Source: Patellaria atrata CBS 101060
Taxonomy: Eukaryota
Direction of reading: 5' to 3'
Assembly (NCBI GenBank): GCA_010093705.1
Contig: MU006107.1
Span: 65,392 to 105,610 of the forward strand
Length of the DNA stretch: 40,219 bases
Shown here: one piece after another, positions 1 to 11,611 of the stretch
Position numbering within the stretch: the first letter of the stretch is position 1
Layout: every line of letters starts with the position of its first letter
The notes under the pieces: generated by a model
Databases searched by the model: none
The model's input: only the letters and a program-made list of their open reading frames with translations
What the model was told of the DNA's origin: nothing
Translations under genes and position numbers: made by a program

Positions 1-1
1 A

Positions 2-634
2 TTCCGTGACAATGATCCTCTTTCTCTCCGGCAGTTCCGTGGACCACAGCGTCTTGGGAATGATATCCCGTCTCTGCTCGCCCACGAGGAACAAGATGCC
101 CTTCTTATACCCATCTACGCCATCCGGCACCTCGTTCAGCCCGTTGTAATGCTCTAATATGAACCCCGCCAACGCCTGCCCGTTTCCCGTCTCTTCACCC
201 AGGATGGGACATTTCAGTCCCAACGCCCTCAATCCCCGTGCGGTGGCAGGTCCCACGGCGTAGAAAACGGTATCCTGCGTCAGCAGTTCGTCCACCTTAT
301 ACTGCTGCAAGCGAAGGTCCTGTATGACCTTGGTAAACGCCTCGACGGCTCGTTGCGAGGTGAAAATGATGGCGCCATATTGAGCCGATCGTCTACCCCA
401 TCTCTTCCCGTCTACGAAGCCAACAAACCCCTTCGTGATATCGGCATTTGAAGGCGCTGTTATCGTCTCCCGGAGATGCTTCAGCGAGTCTTGCTTGAAG
501 CGGTGTTCGAGCACAGGCACGAACTGGGGGTCGTAGCGCCCACAGTCAAGAGCGCGAAGATACTCTTCATACCCATCGCTCGGGCTCGATTTCGTCTTCA
601 AAAGCAGAATCGGGACTCTGAGCGGGTCACCCAT
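2..634 (-). CDS. HEM4: Uroporphyrinogen-III synthase (3' end runs off the window)
   Basis: Manual minus-strand translation from ATG 634 gives MGDPLRVPILLLKTKSSPSDGYEEYL...FVPVLEHRF...YGAIIFTSQRAVEAF...YAVGPATARGL...GEETGNGQALA...LFLVGEQRRDIIPKTL, which are typical fungal HEM4 motifs. It is missing from the ORF track because there is no stop inside the window. Confidence 0.92.
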   Translation of the reverse strand, partial: MGDPLRVPILLLKTKSSPSDGYEEYLRALDCGRYDPQFVPVLEHRFKQDSLKHLRETITAPSNADITKGFVGFVDGKRWGRRSAQYGAIIFTSQRAVEAFTKVIQDLRLQQYKVDELLTQDTVFYAVGPATARGLRALGLKCPILGEETGNGQALAGFILEHYNGLNEVPDGVDGYKKGILFLVGEQRRDIIPKTLWSTELPERKRIIVTE

Positions 635-833
635 GTTTCGCACATCGCTCCCGCATCTCCATCCTCACTCGCTCCGTGTCGTCATCAATCCAGAAAAAAA
701 AATGTGTTATCGGCAAAACCCCGGCACCTACTTCCCTTTTTGTTAATATATCAAACCTCATCAAGAACAGGCCAACACCGAATTCCCGGGGTCGGAGTCC
801 TCGGTTTCAAAAAATGACTTGCGCCCATCCGAC

Positions 834-1579
834 ATGCCAGTCACCTCCACGCCCTTCCCCATCCTCTCGCAATTCCTCTGCCAAGTCGAGAAACTGACCG
901 GCGTACCCCCCCAACCCCTCGACGCGCCTGGCTCCGCGATGCTGGACGGCGAACCGCCCAAAGAGCTGCCGAAGGGCGTGGTCATCGGCCCGGATGGGAA
1001 ACCGTGAGTATACACATACCTTATCCTCAATCGGCGTCGCGAAGTCTGGGAGCTTATCGTGGGATGGGAGACAGATGCCGCACCTGCACGTCCTCAGCAG
1101 CATGGAAGCAGATGCTTAAACAGAAACAACCAAGTAGCACCAAACCCTCATCCTCACCTACCTTCCCACCCACCGCGACGGCGACCGGCGTCGCCGCCGC
1201 AACAGCCTCGACGATAAACACCTTCGACCGCGCCGACTGCCCACCAGACGTGGAGCAGCTCGGCCGCTCCTCCTGGACCCTCCTGCACTCCATCACCGCG
1301 ACCTACCCCCGCAACCCGCCCGTAAGCCTCCAGCAAGAGACGCGCGCCTTCGTAACGGCGTTCTCGAAACTTTACCCGTGCTGGACGTGCGCGGAGGATT
1401 TCCAAGCCTGGTTGAAAGACGACCGGAACGCGCCGAAGGTGAGCTCGCGGGAGGAGTTCGGGCGCTGGATGTGCGAGGCGCATAATGCCGTGAACGTCAA
1501 ACTGGGGAAGGAGAGGTTTGATTGCGATAGATGGGAGGAGAGATGGAGGACTGGGTGGAAGGATGGGCGTTGTGATTAG
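834..1579 (+). CDS. ERV1: Mitochondrial IMS FAD-linked sulfhydryl oxidase Erv1/ALR; exons 834-1003, 1075-1579
   Basis: Removing the GTGAGT...ACAG intron 1004-1074 gives GVVIGPDGKPCRTC. Also present: DCPPDVEQLGRSSWTLLH, YPCWTCA (redox CxxC), WMCEAHNAVNVKLGK and FDC...WKDGRCD. The start could be ATG 834 or ATG 939. Confidence 0.95.
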
Positions 1580-1812
1580 ATATGCTGCTTTTAGGTGCTC
1601 TCTTTGGGACTGAGTGTGCAAAATATGGGGCCCAAAACTGGCCTTGGTTAGGATAATGTGAGTTGTGCTGTACATATGTATTACGAATATATACGTCTCT
1701 ATCTATGGCTTAGTGCTATATTTGGAAACCTAACTATACGGATTATATTTTCCTTCTGTGAAATGAACGATAGTAGTGTACTGAAGATCATCATATTCAA
1801 ACCTGATCAAAT

Positions 1813-1933
1813 CCACTTGGATCCGCTTCTCACGTTCCACTGCCGAGTGTACTGACTGTATCCGGGCCATGCAAGTAAATTGAAACTCTGGGTAGAGGAC
1901 CGGAGTTTGAAAGTAAGGAGTGGATCCGAGTGG
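1813..1933. repeat. Imperfect inverted repeat (arms about 1813-1845 and 1901-1933)
   Basis: The left arm CCACTTGGATCCGCTTCTCACGTTCCACT matches the reverse complement of the right arm, CCACTCGGATCCACTCCTTACTTTCAAACT. Confidence 0.7.
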
Positions 1934-2608
1934 CTTAGATACGCGTTGATAGGATCACCCATATAGCCGATAATGGGATAGGAAAGCTGAAGATTTGCTA
2001 ACCTAGTCACACAAATCATCTTCACGGAAAACGAATATTTGCAAAGGAGAATAGCGAAGTCTATATCATCAATTCAATGGACCGATGCTTTTCCATAACT
2101 TCCTAAACAAGACGGTGGAGCGCCCAGCATACGGTCGTTCCTCCCACTGACTCGGCTATTCAACCGTAATCCCAAATAACAGATCCTGCTTCTCGAAGAG
2201 CTCTTCAGAGTTGTCCTAAACATAAAAGTGCCAGCCCAAGAGAAAATGTTGAAATTTCTCCCAAACGCCGACGCTAAAACCACTATGCCCCAAATCTTGC
2301 TTTGCGGTCTACGAGACCTTTCTGCTAGCGGAGTTAAACCGCTCGTCTAATCCCTGATCTATGTTGAAACTTGCTTGTTGAGATCGGATAATAGAAACGA
2401 AGAAACACAAAAAGCCCCCTATCTATTAGAATGGGACTATTCGACTCGAACTGATGTGACGATAATTACGTTTCCAAAGAAGCCCGCCGAAAAAAGGATT
2501 ATTTTTTTTTGAAGCAGATGAGTTGAACACCTTTATATGCTGGTATATGTAAAAGAAAACGTTAAAGAGCAAACATCGACTTTTCATCACAGTCGTAGCA
2601 GGCGTGAT

Positions 2609-4106
2609 TTACAACACCAACTGCTTGGGCTTCTCCCAGGCGAACTTCTGGTTGGTGAAGTGACCGTTCTTGGCCGTCTGGAAGTAGATAGGATTGGTGA
2701 GGTTGAGTTCCTTGACGATAACACCGGGTCTGAGATCGAAGTTCTTCCTTATGATTTGAACGAGCTCATCAGAAGTCTTCTCAGAGGTGCCATAGGTTTC
2801 GACGAAGAGAGATAGTGGCTCCGAGACACCGATGGCGTACGAGAGCTGGACGAGGGCACGGCGGGCAAGACCAGCGTTGACGAGAGATTTGGCGATCCAG
2901 CGGGCAAGGTAAGCGGCCGAGCGATCGACCTTGGAGTAGTCCTTTCCGGAGAAAGCACCACCACCATGGGCTCCCCAACCACCGTAGGTATCGACGATGA
3001 TCTTACGCCCAGTCAAACCGGCATCACCCTGAGGACCACCAATGATGAAGAGGCCGGAGGGTTGAATCTAATACTGTATTAATGTGAGCACTAACGATGT
3101 GAAACCGTGCCACTTACATGGTACACAGTCCTCTCATCGAGAAGGTGCTCCGGAATGACCTTCTTGATGACCTTCTCCTTGATCTCCTTGCGGAGCTCCT
3201 CGGTAGTGATATCTTCGCTGTGTTGAGCAGAGACAACGACTGTGTCAACTCTCTTGGGGACAACGGCGCCACCATCGTGCTCGTACTCGACAGTGACTTG
3301 GGTCTTAGTGTCGGGTCTCAACCACGAAAGGGTGCCGTTCTTCCTGGACTCGGTCATAACGCTGTTAAGCCTGTGGGACAAAAGAAGAGTAAGGGGCAGG
3401 AGCTCAGGGGTCTCATCAGTGGCATAGCCAAACATGATGCCCTGGTCACCAGCACCAAGCTTCTCAAGGGCTTCGTCCAAGTGGAGACCCTGGGCAATAT
3501 CTGGGGATTGTTGCTCAATGGCAACTAGAACGTTACAAGTCTTGTAGTCGAAACCTTTAGAGGAGTCATCGTAGCCAATATCCTTGATAGCGTTGCGGAT
3601 GACCTTCTGGTAGTCTAGGCGAGCCTTGGTGGTGATCTCACCAAAAACCATGATCATACCGGTCTTGGTAGCGGTCTCGCAAGCGACCTTGGAGAGGGGA
3701 TCCTCGGCAAGGCAGGCATCGAGAACGGCATCAGATACCTGATCGCTATTGTATTCAGTAATCGTTCTCGACGGTCAATTGAACTGTCGTGCTCAGGAAT
3801 GAGAGACTCACGCGATCTTATCAGGATGGCCTATAGTAGCGTCGTCAGAATTTCTCGACAGATATTAAAATACTGAAGGGATTGGTTTACCTTCTCCTAC
3901 AGACTCCGAGGTAAAGAGGAATGTTTTACCGCCTGCGCCCATTGTAATTGTTAGTATCTTATGTTGATGTTGTATGAGATTCGAAAAAAGAAGTTCGGTT
4001 GAGAAATGGCGCAATAGGGTGATAGAAAAAAAAGTTGACCGCGAGATCGGAGAATCGTTTATGCCGTACCCTTACTCCCAGTGCCATTAATTGCTCCGCT
4101 AACCAT
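2609..4106 (-). CDS. SAM2: S-adenosylmethionine synthetase; exons 4106-4070, 3932-3891, 3830-3812, 3745-3118, 3067-2609
   Basis: Spliced translation reads [45 protein letters not shown]...[16 protein letters not shown]...[19 protein letters not shown]. There are four GT-AG introns and a 19-nt micro-exon. An alternative in-frame ATG lies at 3942 inside intron 1. Confidence 0.97.
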
Positions 4107-5092
4107 TTTCGATGATATATTGATAGTGGGAAGAGAGTAGAAAATTAACAATGTATGCGAAATCTCAGGTGCCGAAGATACTGTTGTGTCACAGGAATTC
4201 TTTTTATCTGGCAGATGTTGGGACGACAAGGAGGCGGGAAACGTGATGTTTTTATAGGTTGAGGTCAGTGGTCGGAATCCGGGAAGAGATCAATATGATG
4301 ACAAAAATTTCATAGCACAAGCGTGAGAAGCTTTTTTATTTTTTTGTACTGCAGGTAACAATGACAAGGAGCCAAAATGGTACAGGAGCCGAATGGGAAC
4401 TGATGGTGCTGCAGGTGTACAGCAGTCGACGCTGTACCTGTGCTTTAGGACCCGTTGTGCTCGAAACTGTCAGATTGCGGGATTCACCCAAAGGAGTAGC
4501 ACACCGATCCAGACGCCTTGCATATTCGGCGTCGTAGGCCTATTCTATATCGCTTGTTCGCCATACTTCCCCAACTTTTGGAGGAGAATTTGGAAAAATT
4601 TCTGCAGAATTTGGCCACTTTATTATGGTCCGAATTCGTCCGTAAAGCCTGCGGTATCTTCGCCGTGTAAAGGGAAGTTATCACCTTTCACCTCAGTACT
4701 CTGTACTTTTATTGTTGTATTGGAGGGTACATATAAAACGACATGTCACCCCCTCTCCTCCATGAGAATAGCTGCATTATATAGAAAACGTCATGTAGCT
4801 CTCCTAAGTCGTGCGTATATCTGACGAAACCAACTACTTACCTAATGTAGTACTCTACAGAAGCTGACATTTGTGAATTTAACCATTATGTAGATGATAG
4901 GTGAAATGTTATCTTCCATCCATGGCTCTACCTAAAATATATTTTCCGTGATCTTAGATTTGGCACGGTACAACACTTCACAACCGACCAACATGAGATA
5001 TTGCCCATACGCAAATCCCCAAACTCGCACATCCCATGCCACTCGAAACAACCTTTCTTGTCCCATAAAGCTATCAATACCCGGTGCCCAAG

Positions 5093-6068
5093 ATGAGTAA
5101 ATACGGCGTTCTGGTAATGGGGCCCGCAGGTAATTCCTCACCGTCCTTCCCAAGCTCCCCGCGATGGAAAGACCCAAACTAACACCACCACCCACCCCCT
5201 CCCCCCAGGCGCAGGCAAAACAACCTTCTGCAGCAAGCTCCTCGAGCACCTGCGCAACAACAAACGCTCCTACTTCTACATCAACCTCGACCCCGCCGCC
5301 GAAACCTTCACGCATGAGCCCGACATCGACATCAAAGACCTGATCTCGCTCTCGGACGTCATGGAAGAGATGTCCCTCGGCCCTAACGGCGGGCTGATCT
5401 ACTGCTTCGAATTCCTCCTCGAGAACCTCGACTTCCTGACCGAGCCGCTCGAGCCCGTGACGGAGGAATACCTCATCGTGATCGATATGCCGGGGCAAAT
5501 AGAGCTGTACACGCACGTGCCGATCCTGCCGGCGCTGGTGAGGCATCTGATGCGCGGGAGCCTGAACGTCAATCTCTGCGCGGCGTATTTGCTCGAGGCG
5601 ACTTTCGTCGTGGACAGGGCGAAGTTTTTCGCTGGCACGTTGAGTGCGATGAGCGCCATGTTGATGCTGGAGATGCCGCATGTGAACATCCTGTCGAAGA
5701 TGGATCTTATAAAGGGTACGGTGCCTCGTCGGGAGCTCAAACGCTTCGTGAACCCGGACATAGGGCTATTGGACGACGATCCTACGGTTCCGCAAAAGGG
5801 GAATCTGATGGCGGGACGGTTGGGGGAGGAAGACGATGTTCCGTCGAGTAGTAAGAGTATAATGACAGGCACAAGCTTTCAAAAGCTGAATAGAGCTGTG
5901 GGACAGCTTATTGATGATTTCAGTATGGTGCAGTTCCTGCAGTTGAACGTGGAGGATGAGGACAGCATCGGAGCGGTATTGAGTTACATTGACGATGCTA
6001 TACAGTTCCACGAGGCTCAAGAGCCTAGAGAGCCGATGGATGAACTTCAAGATGGATTTGAGGAGTAA
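5093..6068 (+). CDS. GPN3: GPN-loop GTPase 3 (RNA polymerase II assembly/import); exons 5093-5129, 5209-6068
   Basis: P-loop MSKYGVLVMGPAGAGKTTFC spans intron 5130-5208 (GTAATT...ACTAAC...CAG). Also INLDPAAE, LGPNGGLIYCFEFLLEN, DMPGQIELYTH and the C-terminal IQFHEAQEPREP typical of GPN3. Confidence 0.93.
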
Positions 6069-6529
6069 GATTTAGAGGTAACTGCCATCTGGCAATTGGT
6101 TATGGCAGATGAATGTAATAGACACCATCAACCCTGATATAGAGAGTCTTTATGAAGCATAGCGAGGCGCTGGTGGGTATAATAACATAGAAATCAAAAC
6201 ACATAATAAATAGATGGCGGTTTCTATGCCAATCTTAAGCTTTAACTCGACTATTCTCGAAGTAATACAAGACGAAGAACATGAACCTGCTCCTAAAATA
6301 TTATTGATCCCTCTTTCCCCTTTCCCTTTCCCTTCCCTTCTCAGAAGCAGAGCCCAATACGTACTATCACACTATCCGGGTATCAGCTAGTTTCTTTCTA
6401 AACGCCAGGAACCGATACCTAGAAACCCCATGCTCGCCTTAACGCCGCCCATAGAAACATAACCAGAAATCTAGAATGATAAAGATATAACCGCGGAAAC
6501 CTTCCAATGCAGATCCTCCACCCAGCGTC

Positions 6530-9500
6530 TTACTTGATCCTCCTTAAACCAAACTCCTCAGCCTGCAACTGCATAGCAAGTTTCATACTCGCTTCTTCCT
6601 CTTCCGTCCGGGACGGGCTCCCAGCTTGTTCCTTTCTATCCACTGATTTGCTATCCCTCTTTGAACCGGTATTTACAACCGACATCTTGCCCGCAGTACC
6701 CTGCGTTGTTTTCCGCGCCGTGACTGGTGATGAGCTCTTTGCCTTTGATTGTGTCAGAGTTCGGTTGAGCTTATGATCTAAAGTCCCGTTTGTGAACCGG
6801 TCGACAGGTTTTGATCCCCGCGTCGACTGTCGAGCGCTTCTAGGAACCTCCAATGATGGAATAACGGCGTGATCAACACTCTGGGTGGGTAAGAGCTCGG
6901 GAAACGATGGTGCTTCGGATAAAGGCGATGATGGATCGGGAACATCCACATCCTGTTTTCTAGCCACGGGGGTAGTTGGGCAAGGAGTAGACGCTTGAAA
7001 TTGCTTATCTTCACCATGTACATGAACTCCATTCGTGAGCGGAGTCTCAGAATCTAGATTGCGTACGAGATCCACTGGCGAGCCCTCACGAGCTAGATCC
7101 GCCGTAGAATTCTTAAGAGACGGATCAACCTTAGAGTTCTCAAGAGTCGGAGCTACAGTAAAATCTTCCAGGGCCGGATCCAATGCAAAATTGTCAGGAG
7201 CTGGATCCACCATAGAATTGTTAAGAGCCGGATCCACCATGGCATTGTTAAGAGTTGGCTCCACAAAAGAACTGTTAAGAGCAGGATCTACCGCAGAGTT
7301 TTCAAGGGCCGGATCCATTGGCATCGCTGTAGCTAAATTAGTCGTTGAAACCTCTATATCATCTGCGTTTGAGATTGATGGTTCAACCCCTCTATCAGGG
7401 GAACCACCAGCGCCATCTAAACCATCGAGCATCTGGTCGGCCATTTCCAGCGAGGGATCTATAGGATCCATTGACATTTCGATATCCGGTGTATCCTGAA
7501 TTTGCACATTTGTAGAACTAAGCGTCATGAGCGGTTGGAACATATATGGCTTCTCCGAAGGAACATCTTCCTCTATGATTTCCTCCTCCAGGGTAATGGC
7601 GTGTGCAACCTGCGCTTGTGGGGCGGTCATTATGTCAGTATGCGTAGGTTCAGACCTGAGCTTCTTTGCGCTCCCTTGCTCTGCACCACCAGTACTGGCG
7701 CGTTTTTTGTTCGCAGAACCACGGGGAATAGGAGATTCCTGCGCTCTGATTGGATCGATGTTACCGTATTCATCGTGTATACAGCGGCGCTAGACAAGCA
7801 ATCAGTCTCGAGTATACGACGTAAGAAAGCAAAAGACTTACCTTGCTTCTCCTACACTCCAGGCAGGCTTTGTTGCGGCCTCGCTTTCCATCGCCTGAAC
7901 CAAATTGATCTTTTGTGAAAGGTGGAAGAATCGTTTGTGGCGTTTTGTATACTCGTGGAGCAGGGGTTGCTGCTTGGCTATTCGTTGCACTCGTAACTGG
8001 CTGGGAGGGCGTATTCTGGTTATTGATCCATACAGCTACCATAGTGGATGTCCCTGGACGTGACGAAGGTGATGTATCGAGTTCGTCTTTGTGTTTACAT
8101 CTAATTCTCCGTCGTCGGCATGCATCGCACGCAATGCGCTTAGGACCGAGAACGGACGTCTTTGGCGTGCTTGTAGGTTTGTCCATTGGAGCAGGACTTT
8201 CGTTCTCTGCTACAACGCTTTTACTCTTCTCTTCTAGAGCTTGACGTTGACGTACAGATTGTCGGTCGGGAACTGTACGCTCCAAAGCTGCCTGTTTTTC
8301 TAGTCTTTTCAGAGCAGCAGCACTCATCTTTTTCTCGCCTGCAGGTTCGCCAGCTTCGGGAAGGATACCATTGGGGTGTGCCCACTGGGGTAGATCTTCA
8401 TTTCCTCGCTTCCAAGCAACCCAGATGGCAAATGTCCTAATCAGATCTAGAGGTTGTCCATGTCCTTTTGGAATCGACTTTGCTACTCGCTCGCAAACTG
8501 TAGGAGCAACACCTTCGATCCTGCCCATAGACAGCATGACAGTTCTCAGCAAGAAGCTTACCAAGTCTGGCCAACCGTCAACTTCTCCCCTGGAATAGTA
8601 CTTTGAGTGATAGTTCGCTCTCCCAGGATGAGAGTTATGACCGAACTTGTTGGGTTCTAAATAGATCGGCTTCTCCCTTACGAATTGTTTCCCCTCGTAG
8701 AAAAGTTCTCTAACTTCGTCTGGGAGAGGGTCCTGCTTTAGGTAATCCAACAATGCGTACCACATTACCTTCTGAAAGAAAGGATATTTGAACTTCTGAG
8801 GGACTTTGGTGGTCTTCTCCACTTCAACGACTCGAAGTTGCATAGAGTAGTGCATTCTGGTCAGGAAGTTTCCTCCAATGACTAAACTGTTCTCGGGTGT
8901 CCATACTGAATGAATCCATCCTGAGGGAATGAGCATAGTATCACCTTCGGATAGATCCACGCGATAGCATTCCTTAGTCTGTTCAGGTAGCCAAGTATGG
9001 TTCATGGCTGGAGAAAGGCACCACTGTTCGTAGGCTTTCAGGTTCTGCTTCTTGGGTGGGATGAAGAAGAATGTTTTCTTGCCCTTGACGATGTGGTAAT
9101 AGACTCCAGAGCCTCCGAAATCAATGTGGAAGTCTGTATAACAGTCTTTTACTGACATGAGACAGTAAAATCCTACACTCTTTCTGTTTTTGTCCTCTTC
9201 CGGCCATACCGCATCTTGAAGGTCAAGTTCCCGGACAATACGTGGTCGTCGAATTAGTCGACCGAGCTTGCTGTCAGCAACCTCCAAACTAATGACGTTA
9301 TAGATCTGCTTTTCGCCTTTTTGTTCATAGTATTCTCGCCATTTGCGCATATTCCACTTCTTGCTTGCATCCTCTCCTTCCTGATCTTTCACATTGATCA
9401 CTTCCAGTTTCCTTTCTGGTGAAACAAGTTCTTCAACTGCACGAATGTTAAGGCCATGGGGAATAACCATATCCAATTTATCTTGGCCATCATCAGGGAC

Positions 9501-11611
9501 AAACTCGGTCTCAAAGCCAAAATCGACGTCCACGTGCTCGGTGTCAACAAGAGGTTCTGTTCTCTCTGCACCAGGAGGACCCGGACGAGGATTCCATTCC
9601 GCAGGAATTACACAAGGTTCTGTCCACAGCCCGCATCTTTCAAAATATTCAGCAGTTGCCATTTCTGGTCGGATACGAGCAAACATTTCTTGCTTTAAGA
9701 AGGGCAGAGTGCCATCTTTTATTCTGCTGATGTAGTGATGTTCCATGTTATCGTCAGATGTTCTTAGAACTCCTTCGTTCAAGCCAGCGTAGTCGACTTC
9801 GTTGTGAGCTCGCGATGATTTTCGTACATCTACGCGACGGTTAGGTTAGCATCAAAGACGAGAAGTGACAGGAGGAGAAATTACTCACATGTCGTAGGTC
9901 CGTGCTTAGGTCTGCATGGCCGACATATGAACTTGTCAACACTCTCAACGTCTCTTTTAGTTTTAAATCCCGCACAGGCCCAATGAAACCAGCCTTTGCA
10001 GCCGTCGCATTGGATCCATTGCTCTACGTCACCTACAATAGCGTCTTGTGAAAGAGAGCAACCTGCACACTCTATGGCTGGCTCAACAATCTTAGATTGT
10101 TTTAGTTTCTTCCCTTGGCTAGTCGCGGAACTATGCCCCAAAGGTCTTATAATCAATCGAACATCAGGAGGAACTGAGCATGCGCGCCTCAGATGGCAGT
10201 AATCGGTCTTTGGAGAGTGTTCTGATACGAAATCTGAGAACGAGGATCTTCGGTATAAAGGGAGGTCAGCTCGTGGGCTATTGCGAGAAATACTTCTAAC
10301 ACTACGCGACTGCTTGCGTGAAGAGCCTCCAACTGAAGGCCGACCATCCACACCATCCGCTAGGAGACTTTGGGGCGAATGTAAATGACTTGTCACCTCC
10401 ACAGTAGCAGCAGAACGGTCTCGCTGAGCTTTGGATGATCCTTTATTGCTCTTTTTACTAGTTGCAGTTTTCGCACGAGATCCTCTTAGCTTTCCTTTTG
10501 GCCAGCCTTTATAAGCCTTTGGCTGCTCCTTCTTTTCGTTGGCCTCTACTTTCGCGTTGGCGTGATTTGTCGGAAAGTCTAACTCCTCAGGCGGAGTGTG
10601 AGTTTGGAAATTCGACGATATGGGCTCTTCATGATGTTGTTCAGGAGGAGGATCGACTCCTAAGCCGTTCACGTTGTGAGAATACTGGGTTACCTCTTCC
10701 TGAATGTGCGTAGTTTCCCGATAACTAGCACCGGTGTTTATAGCCCCACTTAAAGGAATTTGATAGCTGTTTATGTTTATAGAGGAGGATATTGATTTAG
10801 AATGGTCGGATGATGTGAGCGCGTTCGTAGAAGACGGGATTGGTGGCCGGATCCCATTATTCCAAGTGGGTGCCGGTGCTGGAGCACTACTCCTAAATAG
10901 TGCCAGGAGTGCTTCACTCGCTTCATCTTCTGCTTCTGAATACCGTCTTGCACCGGGGTAATATGCGCCCTGTACCTTAACATTGTAGGTGCTTGATGAT
11001 GTAGGCGCGATCCTGGCTGCTTCCGCCATTTGCTCCACATTGTACGACCAATCAGACGGTACATGACTAGACGACGGTCTTGACAAAGATTGAAAGTATT
11101 GCGGAGAAGTCACAGCTTCTGAACGAGCGCGTTTTGCTGGGCGTTCATTCAAGTCCGAGGGATGAGCATGGCGCGTGGCGCGTTTTGTATGCTGCCCGAG
11201 ATTCAAGGAACTATGAGCATAGCGTGGAGAAGATCGTCCTGCATTGTGCACATGAGATTGTGGTTCGAAGGTCGGGCTTGTGGCTAGGGCGATATCCGCT
11301 AATTGATTCATCGGAGATCCATGGATTTGCGTCTGGCGCGCAGACTGCGAATGGATGCCGGTTGTTCCATGCTGTATGCTATGATTCTGATTTATCAGAT
11401 CAACTTCAGATTCCGCCGAGGGAAACCTTGCTTGACGGATAGATTCAAGACTTTGGTAGTGGTTGAATTGGCGGAGGGCATTTGTTGTATTGGGTCCGCC
11501 GGATGTGAGAGAAGGATTGACTGGGAGTGTGGGAGAATTGGGTTCGTATACTGGAGAGGGTTCGTCAAATGAGCGCAGTGTCCCTATGAATTCCCGCTTA
11601 AAAGATGGCAT
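6530..11611 (-). CDS. JHD1: PHD-finger + JmjC histone demethylase (JHD1/JHDM1, H3K36-type); exons 11611-9889, 9829-7842, 7789-6530
   Basis: PHD finger CAGC...WIQCDGCKGWFHWAC...FICRPC. The splice at 9888-9830 gives HGPTTYVRKSSRAHNEVDYAGLNEG. JmjC core YTDFHIDFGGSGVYYH...LIPSGWIHSVWTPENSLVIGGNFL. The splice at 7841-7790 gives ACLECRRSKRRCIHDEYGNIDP. C-terminus LAMQLQAEEFGLRR. Confidence 0.93.
7049..7318 (-). repeat. Coding minisatellite, 10 x 27 bp (9-aa unit, about VDPALxNSx) in JHD1 exon 3
   Basis: MDPALENSA VDPALNSSF VEPTLNNAM VDPALNNSM VDPAPDNFA LDPALEDFT VAPTLENSK VDPSLKNST ADLAREGSP VDLVRNLDS. The span is exactly 270 bp. Confidence 0.9.

Noticed and set aside
4295..4403. Box C (ATGATGA) and box D (CTGA)-like words upstream of SAM2
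   Set aside because: No guide complementary to an rRNA or snRNA that I could recognise, and only a weak terminal stem.
4932..5681. 249-aa antisense ORF over GPN3, and similar shadow ORFs over SAM2, ISU1, FLC and GH128
   Set aside because: These are antisense by-products of GC-rich codon bias with no recognisable motifs.
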